Assembly (NCBI GenBank): GCA_963712215.1
Contig: CAVQHA010000011.1
Coordinates: forward strand, 5,024 to 69,023
DNA length: 64,000 nt
Source: an uncultured Methanomicrobiales archaeon
GTDB taxonomy: Archaea > Halobacteriota > Methanomicrobia > Methanomicrobiales > JACTUA01
Direction of reading: 5' to 3'
In this document: piece by piece, positions 11,579 through 20,693 of the stretch
Layout of the letters: the number at the start of each line of letters is the position of its first letter
How positions within the stretch are numbered: the first letter of the stretch is position 1
The notes under the pieces: generated by a model
Told to the model about the DNA's origin: nothing
The model's database searches: none
The model's input: the letters and a program-made list of their open reading frames with translations, nothing else
Translations under genes and position numbers: made by a program

Positions 11579-11812
11579 GTCCCGGGTTCCGCAGGAGCCG
11601 GGGCCGTCCAGGGGGAAGAGGGACCCTCTGGACGTGGTCCCGGGTCCGCAGGGAGACCCGGCTCCGAAAGGAGCCGGGGCTGTCCCGGGGGATAGGGGCC
11701 CTCGGGACCTGAGCCGGGGTTGTCCAGGGAGGAGGAGGCGCGAAGCGGCTTCTCCTGTCCAGGGGGGCAGGGGCTCCTCTGGACCAGGGGTGGGGACCCT
11801 CTGGATCAACCC
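11579..11812. repeat. Cluster of GC-rich hairpin repeats (REP-like intergenic element family)
   Basis: Repeated GGTCCCGGGT(T)CCGCAGGAG... and GTCCAGGGGG-N-GGGaCCCTCTGGAC hairpins occur at least 4 times. The same element recurs at 13740..13835. Confidence 0.75.
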
Positions 11813-11815
11813 ATC

Positions 11816-11848
11816 TTTTTATATACTTTTTATAGCCTTTTATATACC
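11816..11848 (+). promoter_or_regulatory. TATA-rich promoter of tbp (near-leaderless)
   Basis: TTTTTATATACTTTTTATAGCCTTTTATATACC lies immediately 5' of ATG 11849. It is the only AT-rich stretch in an otherwise GC-rich spacer. Confidence 0.6.
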
Positions 11849-12411
11849 ATGAAAGGCAGACCCGAGGACTCCCTGAAGATCGAGAATATCGTCGCATCTG
11901 CAAAGGTGAGCGATTTCCTGGATCTCCCCACCCTTGCCGCAAAGATCAAGGATGCCGAGTACAACAAGAAGCGCTTCCCGGGTGTCGTGCTCCGGATGCA
12001 GGACCCGAAGATCGCCGCCCTCGTCTTCGGGAGCGGGAAGGTCGTCCTCACCGGCGCGAAGTCCATCGACAGCCTCTCCCGCGGCCTCGAGATCCTCGGG
12101 AACCAGCTCCCGGGCGCTCTCCATCGATATCCCGGAGGCCCTCACCTACAAGATCCAGAACATCGTCACCTCCGCCGATCTCGGGTCCCCCATCAACCTG
12201 AACAAGATCGCGGTCGGGTTCAACCTCGAGATGATCGAGTACGAGCCCGAGCAGTTCCCCGGCCTCGTCTACCGGCTCGACGAGCCCAAGGTGGTCGTCC
12301 TCCTCTTCGGGTCAGGGAAGCTCGATCATCACCGGCGGGAAGAAGCCCGAGGACGCGAAGAAGGCGGTCCAGAAGATCCTCTCGGACCTGACCAACCTCG
12401 GCCTCATCTGA
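11849..12411 (+). CDS. tbp: TATA-box binding protein; two frame changes (near 12105 and 12325)
   Basis: Two direct TBP repeats: [10 protein letters not shown]...[16 protein letters not shown] and [10 protein letters not shown]...[37 protein letters not shown]. Reconstructed across three frames, with TGA at 12409-12411. Confidence 0.9.
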
Positions 12412-12472
12412 ACGCCCCATTTTTTCCGGCAGGAGAATTCCCCTGGCCCCGTATTTTCCCCGTCCACGTTTT

Positions 12473-12545
12473 CTTGCGAAACAGTGCATTTCTTTTTGCC
12501 TGTTTCTTAGAAACAGTGCCCTCTTCGATGGCACCGTTTCTCGCG
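12473..12545. promoter_or_regulatory. Paired inverted repeats built on GAAACAGTGC (candidate operator and/or tbp terminator)
   Basis: GAAACAGTGC(12478)...CCTGTTTC(12499-12506). Also GAAACAGTGCC(12510-12520)-9 nt-GGCACCGTTTC(12530-12540). Located between the tbp stop and the AT-rich promoter of the ArsR-like gene. Confidence 0.45.
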
Positions 12546-12651
12546 AAATAGTTCTATTGCGTTTGCAAATAGGTGGATTTATATATTAATTAATAATATT
12601 TTATAGATTAGTTTTAAACAATTATATTCATCCCCCCGGTGGTGTGCAAGT

Positions 12652-13026
12652 TTGAGGCCCGAGAAGGTCATGTATTTTACGGAGAAGGAGGAGGAGTTCA
12701 CCGAACTCCTCATGGGGCTCGGTCTGAAGAGGAACGTCGCAAAGGTCCTCGTCTACCTTGCAAATACCAAGGAGTCCACCTCCCGGGACATCGAGCGGGG
12801 CACCGACCTCCGCCAGCCCGAGGTCTCCATCGCCATGCGTTTCCTCACCGAGTGCAACTGGGTGAAGAGCCGGGAGAGCCGGGCCGAGAGCAAGGGCCGG
12901 CCCGTGAAGATCTACGAGCTCGCCCGGCCCATCACCGAGATCATGGACTCCATCGAGAAGGACAAGAAACGCGAGGCCAGGACCCAGCTCGACCTCATCC
13001 AGAAGCTCAGGGAATATATCTCATAG
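12652..13026 (+). CDS. ArsR/TrmB-like winged-helix transcriptional regulator
   Basis: FTELLMGLGLKRNVAKVLVYLANTKESTSRDIERGTDLRQPEVSIAMRFLTECNWV...KGRPVKIYEL is an HTH plus wing. ATG 12670 (MYFTEKEE) is the likelier start. An AT-rich promoter lies at 12578-12631. Confidence 0.7.
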   Translation: MRPEKVMYFTEKEEEFTELLMGLGLKRNVAKVLVYLANTKESTSRDIERGTDLRQPEVSIAMRFLTECNWVKSRESRAESKGRPVKIYELARPITEIMDSIEKDKKREARTQLDLIQKLREYIS

Positions 13027-13722
13027 GGTGAAGGTCCCGCCCCCGGCGCCCTTCCCAACGATAACCTCCGTTTTTCGGGTGAACCGGGTGAAGAGCCCGG
13101 ACGAGATCACGCCGGGAATTGCATCGAGGGCAATCTCGAGCTCTCCAGGATCTTTATCTCCGGGAACATACAGTCGAGGATGAAGTTCCCGTTATCGGTG
13201 ACGACCGGGCCGTCCTTTGCCGATCCCTCCCCGGAGGCCCGGTTTCCCGCCGAGAGTCTCGACGGCGAGGAGGACCGGAAGGACAGCGAAAGGCATGACC
13301 TCGATGGGAACGACCCCGGCGAGTTCCCGGACGCACTTCTTCTGGTCGACCACGATCACGAGCCGCTTTGCGGCATATGCGACACACTTCTCGCGGGTGA
13401 GGGCACCCCCTCTCCCCTTGACGAGACGCTTCCGCGAATCGACGAGGTCCGCCCCGTCGATGGCGATATCGGGCGAGGGATAGTCCTGGAGGGTGGCGAG
13501 GGGGATCCCCAGGGTGCGGGCGCGGTCCTCTGCCTGGTAAGACGTCGGGATGCCGGTGATGGAGAGACCCCCCTCCATCCGCTCCGCGAGGCGCTCCATC
13601 GCAAAGAGGACGGTGGAACCCGTGCCGAGCCCGACCACCATGCCGTCCTCCACCATCTCCGCTGCCTGCCTGCCCGCCGCCCGCTTCCCTGCATCCACCC
13701 GTCTCTTCATGAAAGAGATCAT
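13021..13722 (-). CDS. rpiA: Ribose-5-phosphate isomerase A; two frame changes near 13200 and 13150
   Basis: VVGLGTGSTV, IDGADLVD, VKGRGGALTREK. After the shifts: KDGPVVTDNGNFILDC and DPGELEIALDAIPGVISSGLF. The stop overlaps the convergent regulator gene by 6 nt. Confidence 0.85.
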
Positions 13723-13739
13723 CTCGGCCGGGGCTTATG

Positions 13740-13835
13740 AACGATACGGTTCCGGGGTTTCCGGGTCCCGCAGGACGGGAACGTCCAGGGGGGGTGCAGG
13801 GGCCCCTCTGGACCGCCGCCCGTTCCCCCTCAAGA
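13740..13835. repeat. Second locus of the GC-rich hairpin repeat family
   Basis: GGTTCCGGGGTTTCCGGGTCCCGCAGGACGGGAACGTCCAGGGGGGGTGCAGGGGCCCCTCTGGACC shares the CCGCAGGA and GTCCAGGGGG...CCCTCTGGAC modules with 11579..11812. Confidence 0.7.
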
Positions 13836-13843
13836 AAGAGCTC

Positions 13844-14635
13844 TCAGCCGCCGTTACCGGGGAAGAGCCGCCTCATGACCCCGTCGGCGCCGTGGGCGGT
13901 GCAGTCCAGGGTGACGGGGGTTATGGAGATGTTCCCCTTCCTCACCGCATGGACGTCGGTCCCTTCCTCGGCGTCCTCCACGAGAGGGCCGTTGATCCAG
14001 AAGTAGGGCCTTCCCCGCGGGTCGAGACGCTTCTCCACGCCGGTATGGAAGAGCTTCCGGGAGAGGCGTGTCACCTCGTAGCCGCCGCGGATCGAGGACG
14101 GGATGTTCACGTTGATGACGTCGGCTTCCCCGGGAAACCCTGCCTCGAGCACGACTCGAGACGATGTCGCGCACGATCTTCTTTGCCCCGGTGAACCTCT
14201 TCCCGTACCCCGGGGATCGTCGAACTTGTCGCCCTGGTCCTCCACCTGGAGGGAGAAGGCGATGGCCGGTGTCCCCTGGTTCGCGGCCTCGAGGGCGGCC
14301 CCCACGGTCCCCGAGGTCATGATGGACTCGAAGGAGAGGTTCTCCCCGATATTAATCCCTGAGACGACGAGGGATGGTTTGAGGTTGAGCGCGAAGAGGC
14401 CGATGATCACGGCGTCCGTCGGCTTCCCCCCCACGGCGATCCCCCTCGTCCCCTGCAGGTCAACCTCGTTGACCCTGATGGGCTCGAAGATGGAGATGGA
14501 GCGGCCCACCGCGCTCTGCTGGGTGGCCGGTGCGACGATGGTCACATCGGCGATGCCAGAGAGGGCTTCATAGGCCGCCCAGAGCCCTGCCGAGTAGATG
14601 CCGTCGTCGTTCGTGAGGAGGATCCGCGGTCTCAT
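13844..14635 (-). CDS. surE: 5'/3'-nucleotidase SurE; short out-of-frame patch (about 14160-14215)
   Basis: MRPRILLTNDDGIYSAGL..., SGINIGEN, TSGTVGAALEA. A compensating pair of shifts garbles about 20 aa in the middle. Confidence 0.85.
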   Translation of the reverse strand: MRPRILLTNDDGIYSAGLWAAYEALSGIADVTIVAPATQQSAVGRSISIFEPIRVNEVDLQGTRGIAVGGKPTDAVIIGLFALNLKPSLVVSGINIGENLSFESIMTSGTVGAALEAANQGTPAIAFSLQVEDQGDKFDDPRGTGRGSPGQRRSCATSSRVVLEAGFPGEADVINVNIPSSIRGGYEVTRLSRKLFHTGVEKRLDPRGRPYFWINGPLVEDAEEGTDVHAVRKGNISITPVTLDCTAHGADGVMRRLFPGNGG

Positions 14636-14715
14636 CCAAGATCGTAGTTGGGGGGTCGGGCAGAAGAAGGAATCGATCGTCACGGTAATGGGCGAGGGGT
14701 GCACATGGGTACTGG

Positions 14716-15601
14716 ATGAAGGCCCTTCTTGCCGAGTATGCCACCTTCTGCGAGCCCGGCCTCGCTCCCGAAGGGGCCGCGATGCTCAGGGTTCTCGCGG
14801 GGTCCTTCGAGCGTATCGGGTACGAGGTGGTCACCCCGGGGAGCGGGGACTTCGACCGCGAGCTCGAACGTCTCGCTCCCGATTGCGACGTGGGGCTTGT
14901 CATCGCCCCGGACCACCTCCTCTTCGGGTTCACGCATATCCTCGAGGAATCTCACGAGGAATATCGGGTGCAGCAGCCTCGTCACCGCGGTCTGCGCCGA
15001 CAAGGTGAGGACGGGGGCGATCCTGAGAAGGCACGGGATACCCGTTCCGGAGACGGTGGATTCCGGTCCCCGGGTTGTCAAGCCCATACGCGGGTGCGGG
15101 TCCACGGGTGTCCGGATCACCGAAGACGCGCCCGGGGAGGATGAGTTCGCCCAGCGCTACATCGAAGGGGAGCACCTCTCGGCGAGCCTCGTGGGGTCGA
15201 TGAACGTCGGGGAGGCGTGCCTGTACTTCTCCGGAAAGCCCCCGCTCGCCCTCGCGATCAACCGCCAGGAGATCGAGGTGAAGGACGGGGCCTTCCATTA
15301 CCTCGGGGGAGAGACACCGGTCGATCACCCGAGAAGCGACGAGATATTCGCTGTCGCCCGGAAAGCCGTGACTGTCCTCGGCTGCCAGGGCTATGCCGGC
15401 GTGGATATGGTGGTGGGGGACCAGGTCTACGTCGTAGACGTGAACCCACGGATCACGACGAGCATCATCGGCATCGCGGCGGTGATGGAGGAAGAGATAG
15501 CGGGGATCCTCGTGGAAGCCTCACAGGGGAAGGGGCCGGATGCGGTTCACCTGAACGGCCGCGTCAGGTTCACGAAGGACGGGCGGGTGACCCGGCTTTG
15601 A
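14716..15601 (+). CDS. ATP-grasp enzyme (cofactor-biosynthesis type, methanofuran/H4MPT-associated family); frame change near 14950
   Basis: ...VVKPIRGCGSTGVRI..., ...YIEGEHLSASL..., ...YAGVDMVVGDQVYVVDVNPRITTS are ATP-grasp B and C-domain motifs. Translationally coupled to the next gene (TTGA overlap). Confidence 0.7.
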
Positions 15602-16536
15602 TCGGGATCGATGTAGGCGGAGCGAACCTGAAGCTCGTGGACGGGAAAAGGGTCACCATCCAGTACTGCCCCCTCTGGGAGGATGCACCCCTCACCGACC
15701 TCCTCAAGGCATTCAGGGCAGCCCATCCCGATCCCGATGCCGCGGTGGTGATGAGCGGGGAGCTTGCCGACTGCTTTGCGACGAAGCTGGATGGCGTCAG
15801 GTCCATCGTGGAATCGGTGAAGGAAGCCTACCCGGACGCTCTCTTCTACGGGACAGACGGGGCCTTCCACAGGGAACCTGTCTCCCAGCTCGCGGCGGCA
15901 AACTGGCTTGCCGCCGCGGATCTGCTCAGGATGCGTTACCCCCGGGCCCTGCTCCTTGATATCGGATCGACAACGACGGATATCATCCCCCTGAACCGCT
16001 TCAGCGAGCTCCTGGGTCTCACCGATCTCGGGAGGCTCCAGCGGGGTTATCTCCTCTATACGGGATTTCTCCGCACACCTCTCCCGACCCAGATGCTTTC
16101 GGTGAAAGTGAAAGGAGTCGAGACACCGACCTGTGCCGAACAGTTCGCCATAGCCGCTGATGCCCACCTGGTCCTCGGTCATATCACCCCGAGGGTATAC
16201 ACCTGCGATGCCCCGGACCGCGGGGAGAAGAACGTGGGTGCGGCACTCAGGAGGCTCGCCCGGCTGGTCTGCGCGGACCTCGATGAGATCGGCCCGGACG
16301 AGGCCCTCGGGATCGCCCGGCAGTTCTGGGAGGCCCAGCGGGACCGGATCAGGGCCGCTGCAGACAGGATTGCGACCGAGTCCGGCGCTGACTGTATGGT
16401 TGTTTCAGGGATCGGCTCATCGCTCTTTGCGAGGGACCTCGGTGGATGGGACCTCGCGCGGGAGCTCGGGGCGGTATCGGATGCGCTTCCTGCATTCGCG
16501 GTGAAGGAGGTAGCCCTACGCGTGGCTGGCTCCTGA
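15598..16536 (+). CDS. Hydantoinase/oxoprolinase-like ASKHA protein (H4MPT-linked C1-transfer pathway family)
   Basis: TTG start overlapping the upstream stop. LIGIDVGGANLKLVDG and LLLDIGSTTTDIIPL are actin-like ATPase phosphate motifs. Confidence 0.6.
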   Translation: MIGIDVGGANLKLVDGKRVTIQYCPLWEDAPLTDLLKAFRAAHPDPDAAVVMSGELADCFATKLDGVRSIVESVKEAYPDALFYGTDGAFHREPVSQLAAANWLAAADLLRMRYPRALLLDIGSTTTDIIPLNRFSELLGLTDLGRLQRGYLLYTGFLRTPLPTQMLSVKVKGVETPTCAEQFAIAADAHLVLGHITPRVYTCDAPDRGEKNVGAALRRLARLVCADLDEIGPDEALGIARQFWEAQRDRIRAAADRIATESGADCMVVSGIGSSLFARDLGGWDLARELGAVSDALPAFAVKEVALRVAGS

Positions 16537-16760
16537 CCGCGGTGCTCCTCGCGGGCTCAATCGCCGTGACCGTGGTGCTCTTCCTTGCGGGGATCCCTGG
16601 TTTCTTCTTCATCCTCTTCATCCCCCTCATCCCGTTCCTCGGCCGGGGACACGGGCGGGCCCTGCGCCGCTGCCCGGTGTGCGGGTGGGAGACCGAGGGC
16701 GCTGAGAACTTCTGCCCCCGGGACGGGAGCCCCCTTCGGCCTCCGGGAGACAAGGTTTGA
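16446..16760 (+). CDS. Small membrane protein with C-terminal zinc ribbon (start uncertain; GTG 16542 possible)
   Basis: LLTAVLLAGSIAVTVVLFLAGIPGFFFILFIPLIPFL (2 TM) then CPVCGW...FCPRDG. Overlaps the tail of the antisense ORF 16557..17219. Confidence 0.4.
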   Translation: MGPRAGARGGIGCASCIRGEGGSPTRGWLLTAVLLAGSIAVTVVLFLAGIPGFFFILFIPLIPFLGRGHGRALRRCPVCGWETEGAENFCPRDGSPLRPPGDKV

Positions 16761-17219
16761 GAGGTTGAGCAGGGAGATTGGGAGCGGGATCCCGAGAAGG
16801 TCGGTGGCGGGGACCTCTCTCTGAGCCAGCCTCGAGTACATCCTGATGGTTCCCCTGTCCACAACAAGCCCGAGCGCGGCGAGGATCCGCTCGGTATGAT
16901 GATACGGGTGGACCCGGGAGAGGGTGATCGCGAGATCCACCACGGGGATCCCGAACCGGACCCCCTCGTAGAACGGTTCACGTGCGTACCAGAACCCTCC
17001 ACATGCCCTGCACCTGAACCTGGTGACGAGGACGTGGATATCCCTCCTCTCCTCCCCGATATGCATGTGGGCGAACCGTTTCTCCTTGATGTCATGGCGT
17101 TTGAGGGGACTGCCGCACTCCGGGCAGGCGGGGAGGTCGGTGAAAGAGGTACCGTCCATGGCGAGGAAAGTTGACCGGATGAGGTCCCCGAGCATAGGGG
17201 GGATGGCGATGCGCTTCAT
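16557..17219 (-). CDS. Hypothetical zinc-ribbon protein (3' end uncertain)
   Basis: CPECGSPL...RFRCRACGG ribbon, then a helical region. The last 60 or so aa are acidic low-complexity antisense to the TM ORF above and are probably not real. Confidence 0.45.
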   Translation of the reverse strand: MKRIAIPPMLGDLIRSTFLAMDGTSFTDLPACPECGSPLKRHDIKEKRFAHMHIGEERRDIHVLVTRFRCRACGGFWYAREPFYEGVRFGIPVVDLAITLSRVHPYHHTERILAALGLVVDRGTIRMYSRLAQREVPATDLLGIPLPISLLNLSNLVSRRPKGAPVPGAEVLSALGLPPAHRAAAQGPPVSPAEERDEGDEEDEEETRDPRKEEHHGHGD

Positions 17220-17388
17220 GCGCGGGCTCCGCTTGCTCGTTTAATGTGATACCTTACCTTTCCGGGTAGTACATCATTACCATTTATACTCCCAGGCATC
17301 CTCTCCACCACTAGTAATCATTTTCTCGGCATAAAGGAGTATCGTTATAACCCCCTGGCACCGACCCCTCCTTATCCGAGGTTTTTCC

Positions 17389-19451
17389 ATGGATGTGAAG
17401 TATGTTCCGACCACGTGTCCGTACTGCGGTACCGGATGCGGTTTCAACCTCGTGGTGAAAGACGGGAAGGCCGTGGGGGTCGCCCCCTGGCACAGGAACC
17501 CCGTGAACGATGGGAAGCTCTGCCCCAAGGGCAACTATGCCTATGAGTTCATTCACAGCGAGGACCGGCTGACAAAGCCGCTGATCAGGAAGGGCGACAA
17601 GTTCGTCGAGGCGTCATGGGACGAGGCCTACGACCTCATCGTGAAGTCCTTCAAGAAGTACAAGCCCGAGGAGATGGCCTGCCTCTCGTCTGCACGGGTC
17701 TCCAACGAGGAGAACTACCTGATGCAGAAGTTCGCCCGTTCGGTGCTGAAGACCCCGAACGTGGACCACTGCGCACGCCTCTGCCACGCCTCCACGGTCG
17801 TGGGGCTCGCCGGGACCTTCGGCTCGGGCGCGATGACCCAGTCCATCGCAGATATCGCCGAGGCAAAGACCATCCTCATCATCGGGAGCAACACCTTCGA
17901 GCAGCACCCCCTTATCGGGCGCCGCGTGATGCAGGCGAAGATGAAGGGCGCGAAGATCATCTACGCAGACCCGCGCCTGACGGCGACGGGCAAGCAGGCC
18001 GACCTGCACCTGCCCTTCTTCTCGGGGACCGATGTCGCCCTCCTCAACTGCTTCATGCAGCAGATCCTCAAGAACGGGTGGGAGAACAAGGAGTTCATCG
18101 AGAAGCGGACGAAGGACTTCGACAAGCTGAAGGCCGTGGTGATGAAGCCCGAGTACTCCCTGGAGAACGTCTCCAGGATCACGGGGGTTCCCGCGAAGGA
18201 CATCGCCACCGCCGCCGAGTGGATCGGGAAGAGCGAGGCCAATACCGTCCTCTACTCCATGGGCATCACCCAGCACACCACCGGTGTCGACAACGTGAAA
18301 TCCGTTGCGAACCTCCAGATGCTCACCGGTAACCTCGGCAGGCCCGGGACCGGTGTCTGTGCACTCCGTGGCCAGAACAACGTGCAGGGGGCCTGCGACA
18401 TGGGGGCGCTCCCCAACGTGTATTCCGGCTACCAGGCAGTCATCGTCCCTGAGAACAAGAAGAAGATGACGGACGCCTGGGGCACCGAGCTTGCAGAGGG
18501 CAAGGTCGGCCTCACGGTCACCGATCTCGATCAACGTCCTTGCGGACAAGCCCGGGACCGTGAAGTGCCTGTACATCATGGGCGAGAACCCGATGCTCTC
18601 CGACCCCGACCTCCACCACGTGGAGAAGGGCCTGAAGAACGTCGAGTTCCTCGTCGTCCAGGACATCTTCCTCTCCGAGACCGCCGAGTCTCGCGAACGT
18701 CGTGCTCCCGGCCGCGTGCTATGCAGAGAAGGACGGGACCCAGACGAGCACCGAGCGGCGCGTCCAGAAGTGGAGGAAGGCGGTGAACCCGCCCGGCGAG
18801 GCAAAGGCAGACTGGCAGATCCTCAGCGAGCTCGCAGGGAAGATGGGCTTTGCCAAGCAGTTCCCGTACAAGAGCGCCGAGGAGATCTTCACCGAGGTCG
18901 CGAAGGTGACCCCCTCCTACGCCGGGATGACCTATGCACGGCTCGAGAAGCCCGAGGCCCTCCACTGGCCCTGCCCGACGGCAGAGCACCCGGGGACGCC
19001 CATCCTCCACAAGGAGAAGTTCGCGCATCCCGACGGGCTGGGCGTGCTCACCCCCATCGAGTGGAAGCCCCCGGCCGAGGTGCCCGACAAGGAGTACCCG
19101 CTCATCCTCACCACCGGCCGGTGCATCTGGCAGTGGCACACGGGTACCATGACCCGGAGGTCCGAGTCCCTGGAGAGGGAAGTCCCGACCGGCTGGGTCG
19201 AGATCAACCCGGAGGATGCGGCAGGCCTCGGGGTTGTCGACGGCGAGATGGTCAGGGCGAAGACAAGGCGCGGGGAGATTGAGATCGGCGCCAAGGTGAC
19301 GGACAGTATCAGGAAGGGCGAGGTCTTCATCCCGTTCCACTACATCGAGTGCGCGGCGAACATCCTCACGAACAATGCCCTCGACCCGGTCGCGAAGATC
19401 CCGGAGTTCAAGGCCTGTGCCATCCGGATCGAGAAGCTCGGAGGTGCGTAA
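17389..19451 (+). CDS. fdhA: Formate dehydrogenase alpha subunit (molybdo/tungstopterin, Cys-type); two frame changes (near 18525 and 18695)
   Basis: N-terminal 4Fe-4[10 protein letters not shown]...CPKG. Active-site [10 protein letters not shown] has TGC at 17782-17784, not TGA. Also [11 protein letters not shown] and [13 protein letters not shown], plus a C-terminal barrel ...EINPEDA...VFIPFHY. Confidence 0.9.
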
Positions 19452-20693
19452 ATGGCAGGAAAAGGAGAGATGTTTTACGCCTGGTCCGGCGAAAAGGCCA
19501 TACAGGACAAGGGCGAGCTCGGCGGCGCCGTGACGACCCTCCTCAAGTATGCCCTGGAGAACAAGATCGTGGACGCCGTCCTCGCCGTGAAGAAGGGCGC
19601 GGATCTCTACGATGCCCAGCCGGTGCTCGATCACCGACCCGAAGGACCTCGTGAACACGGCGGGTTCCCTGCATTGCGGGACCCTGCTCATGTCCAAGCT
19701 GGTCAAGAAGTACTTCGATGGGGCCGAGAAGATGCGCCTCGGGATCACCGTGAAGGGCTGCGATATGATGGGGCTCTACGAGCTCGCGAAGCGCAAGCAG
19801 GTGAACCTTGACAACCTTGTCATGATCGGGGTGAACTGCGGCGGCTCCGTCTCTCCGTACATGGCCCGGAAGATGATAACCGAGAAGTTCGGGGTCGATC
19901 CCGACAAGGTCCACAAAGAGGAGATCGACAAGGGCCAGTTCATCATCGAGTACCGAGGGGGGCCACAAGGGCATCTCCATGGACGAACTCGAGGAGCACG
20001 GCTTCGGCCGGCGGACGAACTGCCGCCGGTGCAAGACTGAAGGTGCCCCGGCAGGCCGATATCGCCTGCGGCAACTGGGGCGTCATCGGCGACAAGGCGG
20101 GGAAGGCCACCTTCGTCGAGATCTGCAGCGACAAGGGCGCAGAACTCTTCAACCAGGCCGTCCAGTCGGGCGCCCTCAAGGCCGAGAAGGCCCCCGATGC
20201 CGGCATCGCGGTGCGGGGCAAGGTCGAGAAGGCCATGCTCAAGCTCGGCGACAAGTGGCGGGAGAAGGACTTCAAGGGGCTCGGCGATGGGAACGAGCGG
20301 CTGAAGACGATCATGAGCGACACCTCGAAGTGCATCAAGTGTTACTCGTGCATCAATGCCTGCCCCATCTGCTACTGCGTCGAGTGCAGCACCCGGAAGC
20401 CCTACCTCGTCCCGCCCGGGCAGGTCCCGCCGCCCTTCATGTTCCACATGATCCGGTTCGTCCATATCTCGGACTCGTGCGTGAACTGCGGGCAGTGCGA
20501 GGAGCTCTGCCCGATGGAGATCAAGAACTCCCTGTTCATGCACGCCATCCAGCAGGACCTCGAGAAGATGTTCGGGCATGTGCCGGGAATCGACATGTCC
20601 CTGCCCGTGCTCGCCCTCGTGGAGGAGCCGACCGAGCGGGCCCGGCTCTCGTCGACAGGGAGCGACCAGATCTACGACATCTTCAAAAAATAA
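19452..20693 (+). CDS. fdhB: Formate dehydrogenase beta subunit (F420-reducing FdhB/FrhB family); three frame changes
   Basis: ATG follows the fdhA TAA directly. GELGGAVTTLLKYALE, LGITVKGCDMMGL, ADIACGNWG, and two ferredoxin motifs CIKCYSCINACPICYC and CVNCGQCEELCP. Pieces lie in ORFs 19452.., 19612.., 19979.., 20043..20693. Confidence 0.9.

Noticed and set aside
17779-17787. Selenocysteine (TGA) at the FdhA active site plus a SECIS element
   Set aside because: The active-site codon is TGC (Cys) in [10 protein letters not shown]. The in-frame stops further downstream are explained by frame shifts, with the protein continuing in another frame.
17614-18804. 396-aa minus-strand ORF inside the fdhA region
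   Set aside because: Antisense to a gene with unmistakable formate dehydrogenase motifs. No motifs of its own.
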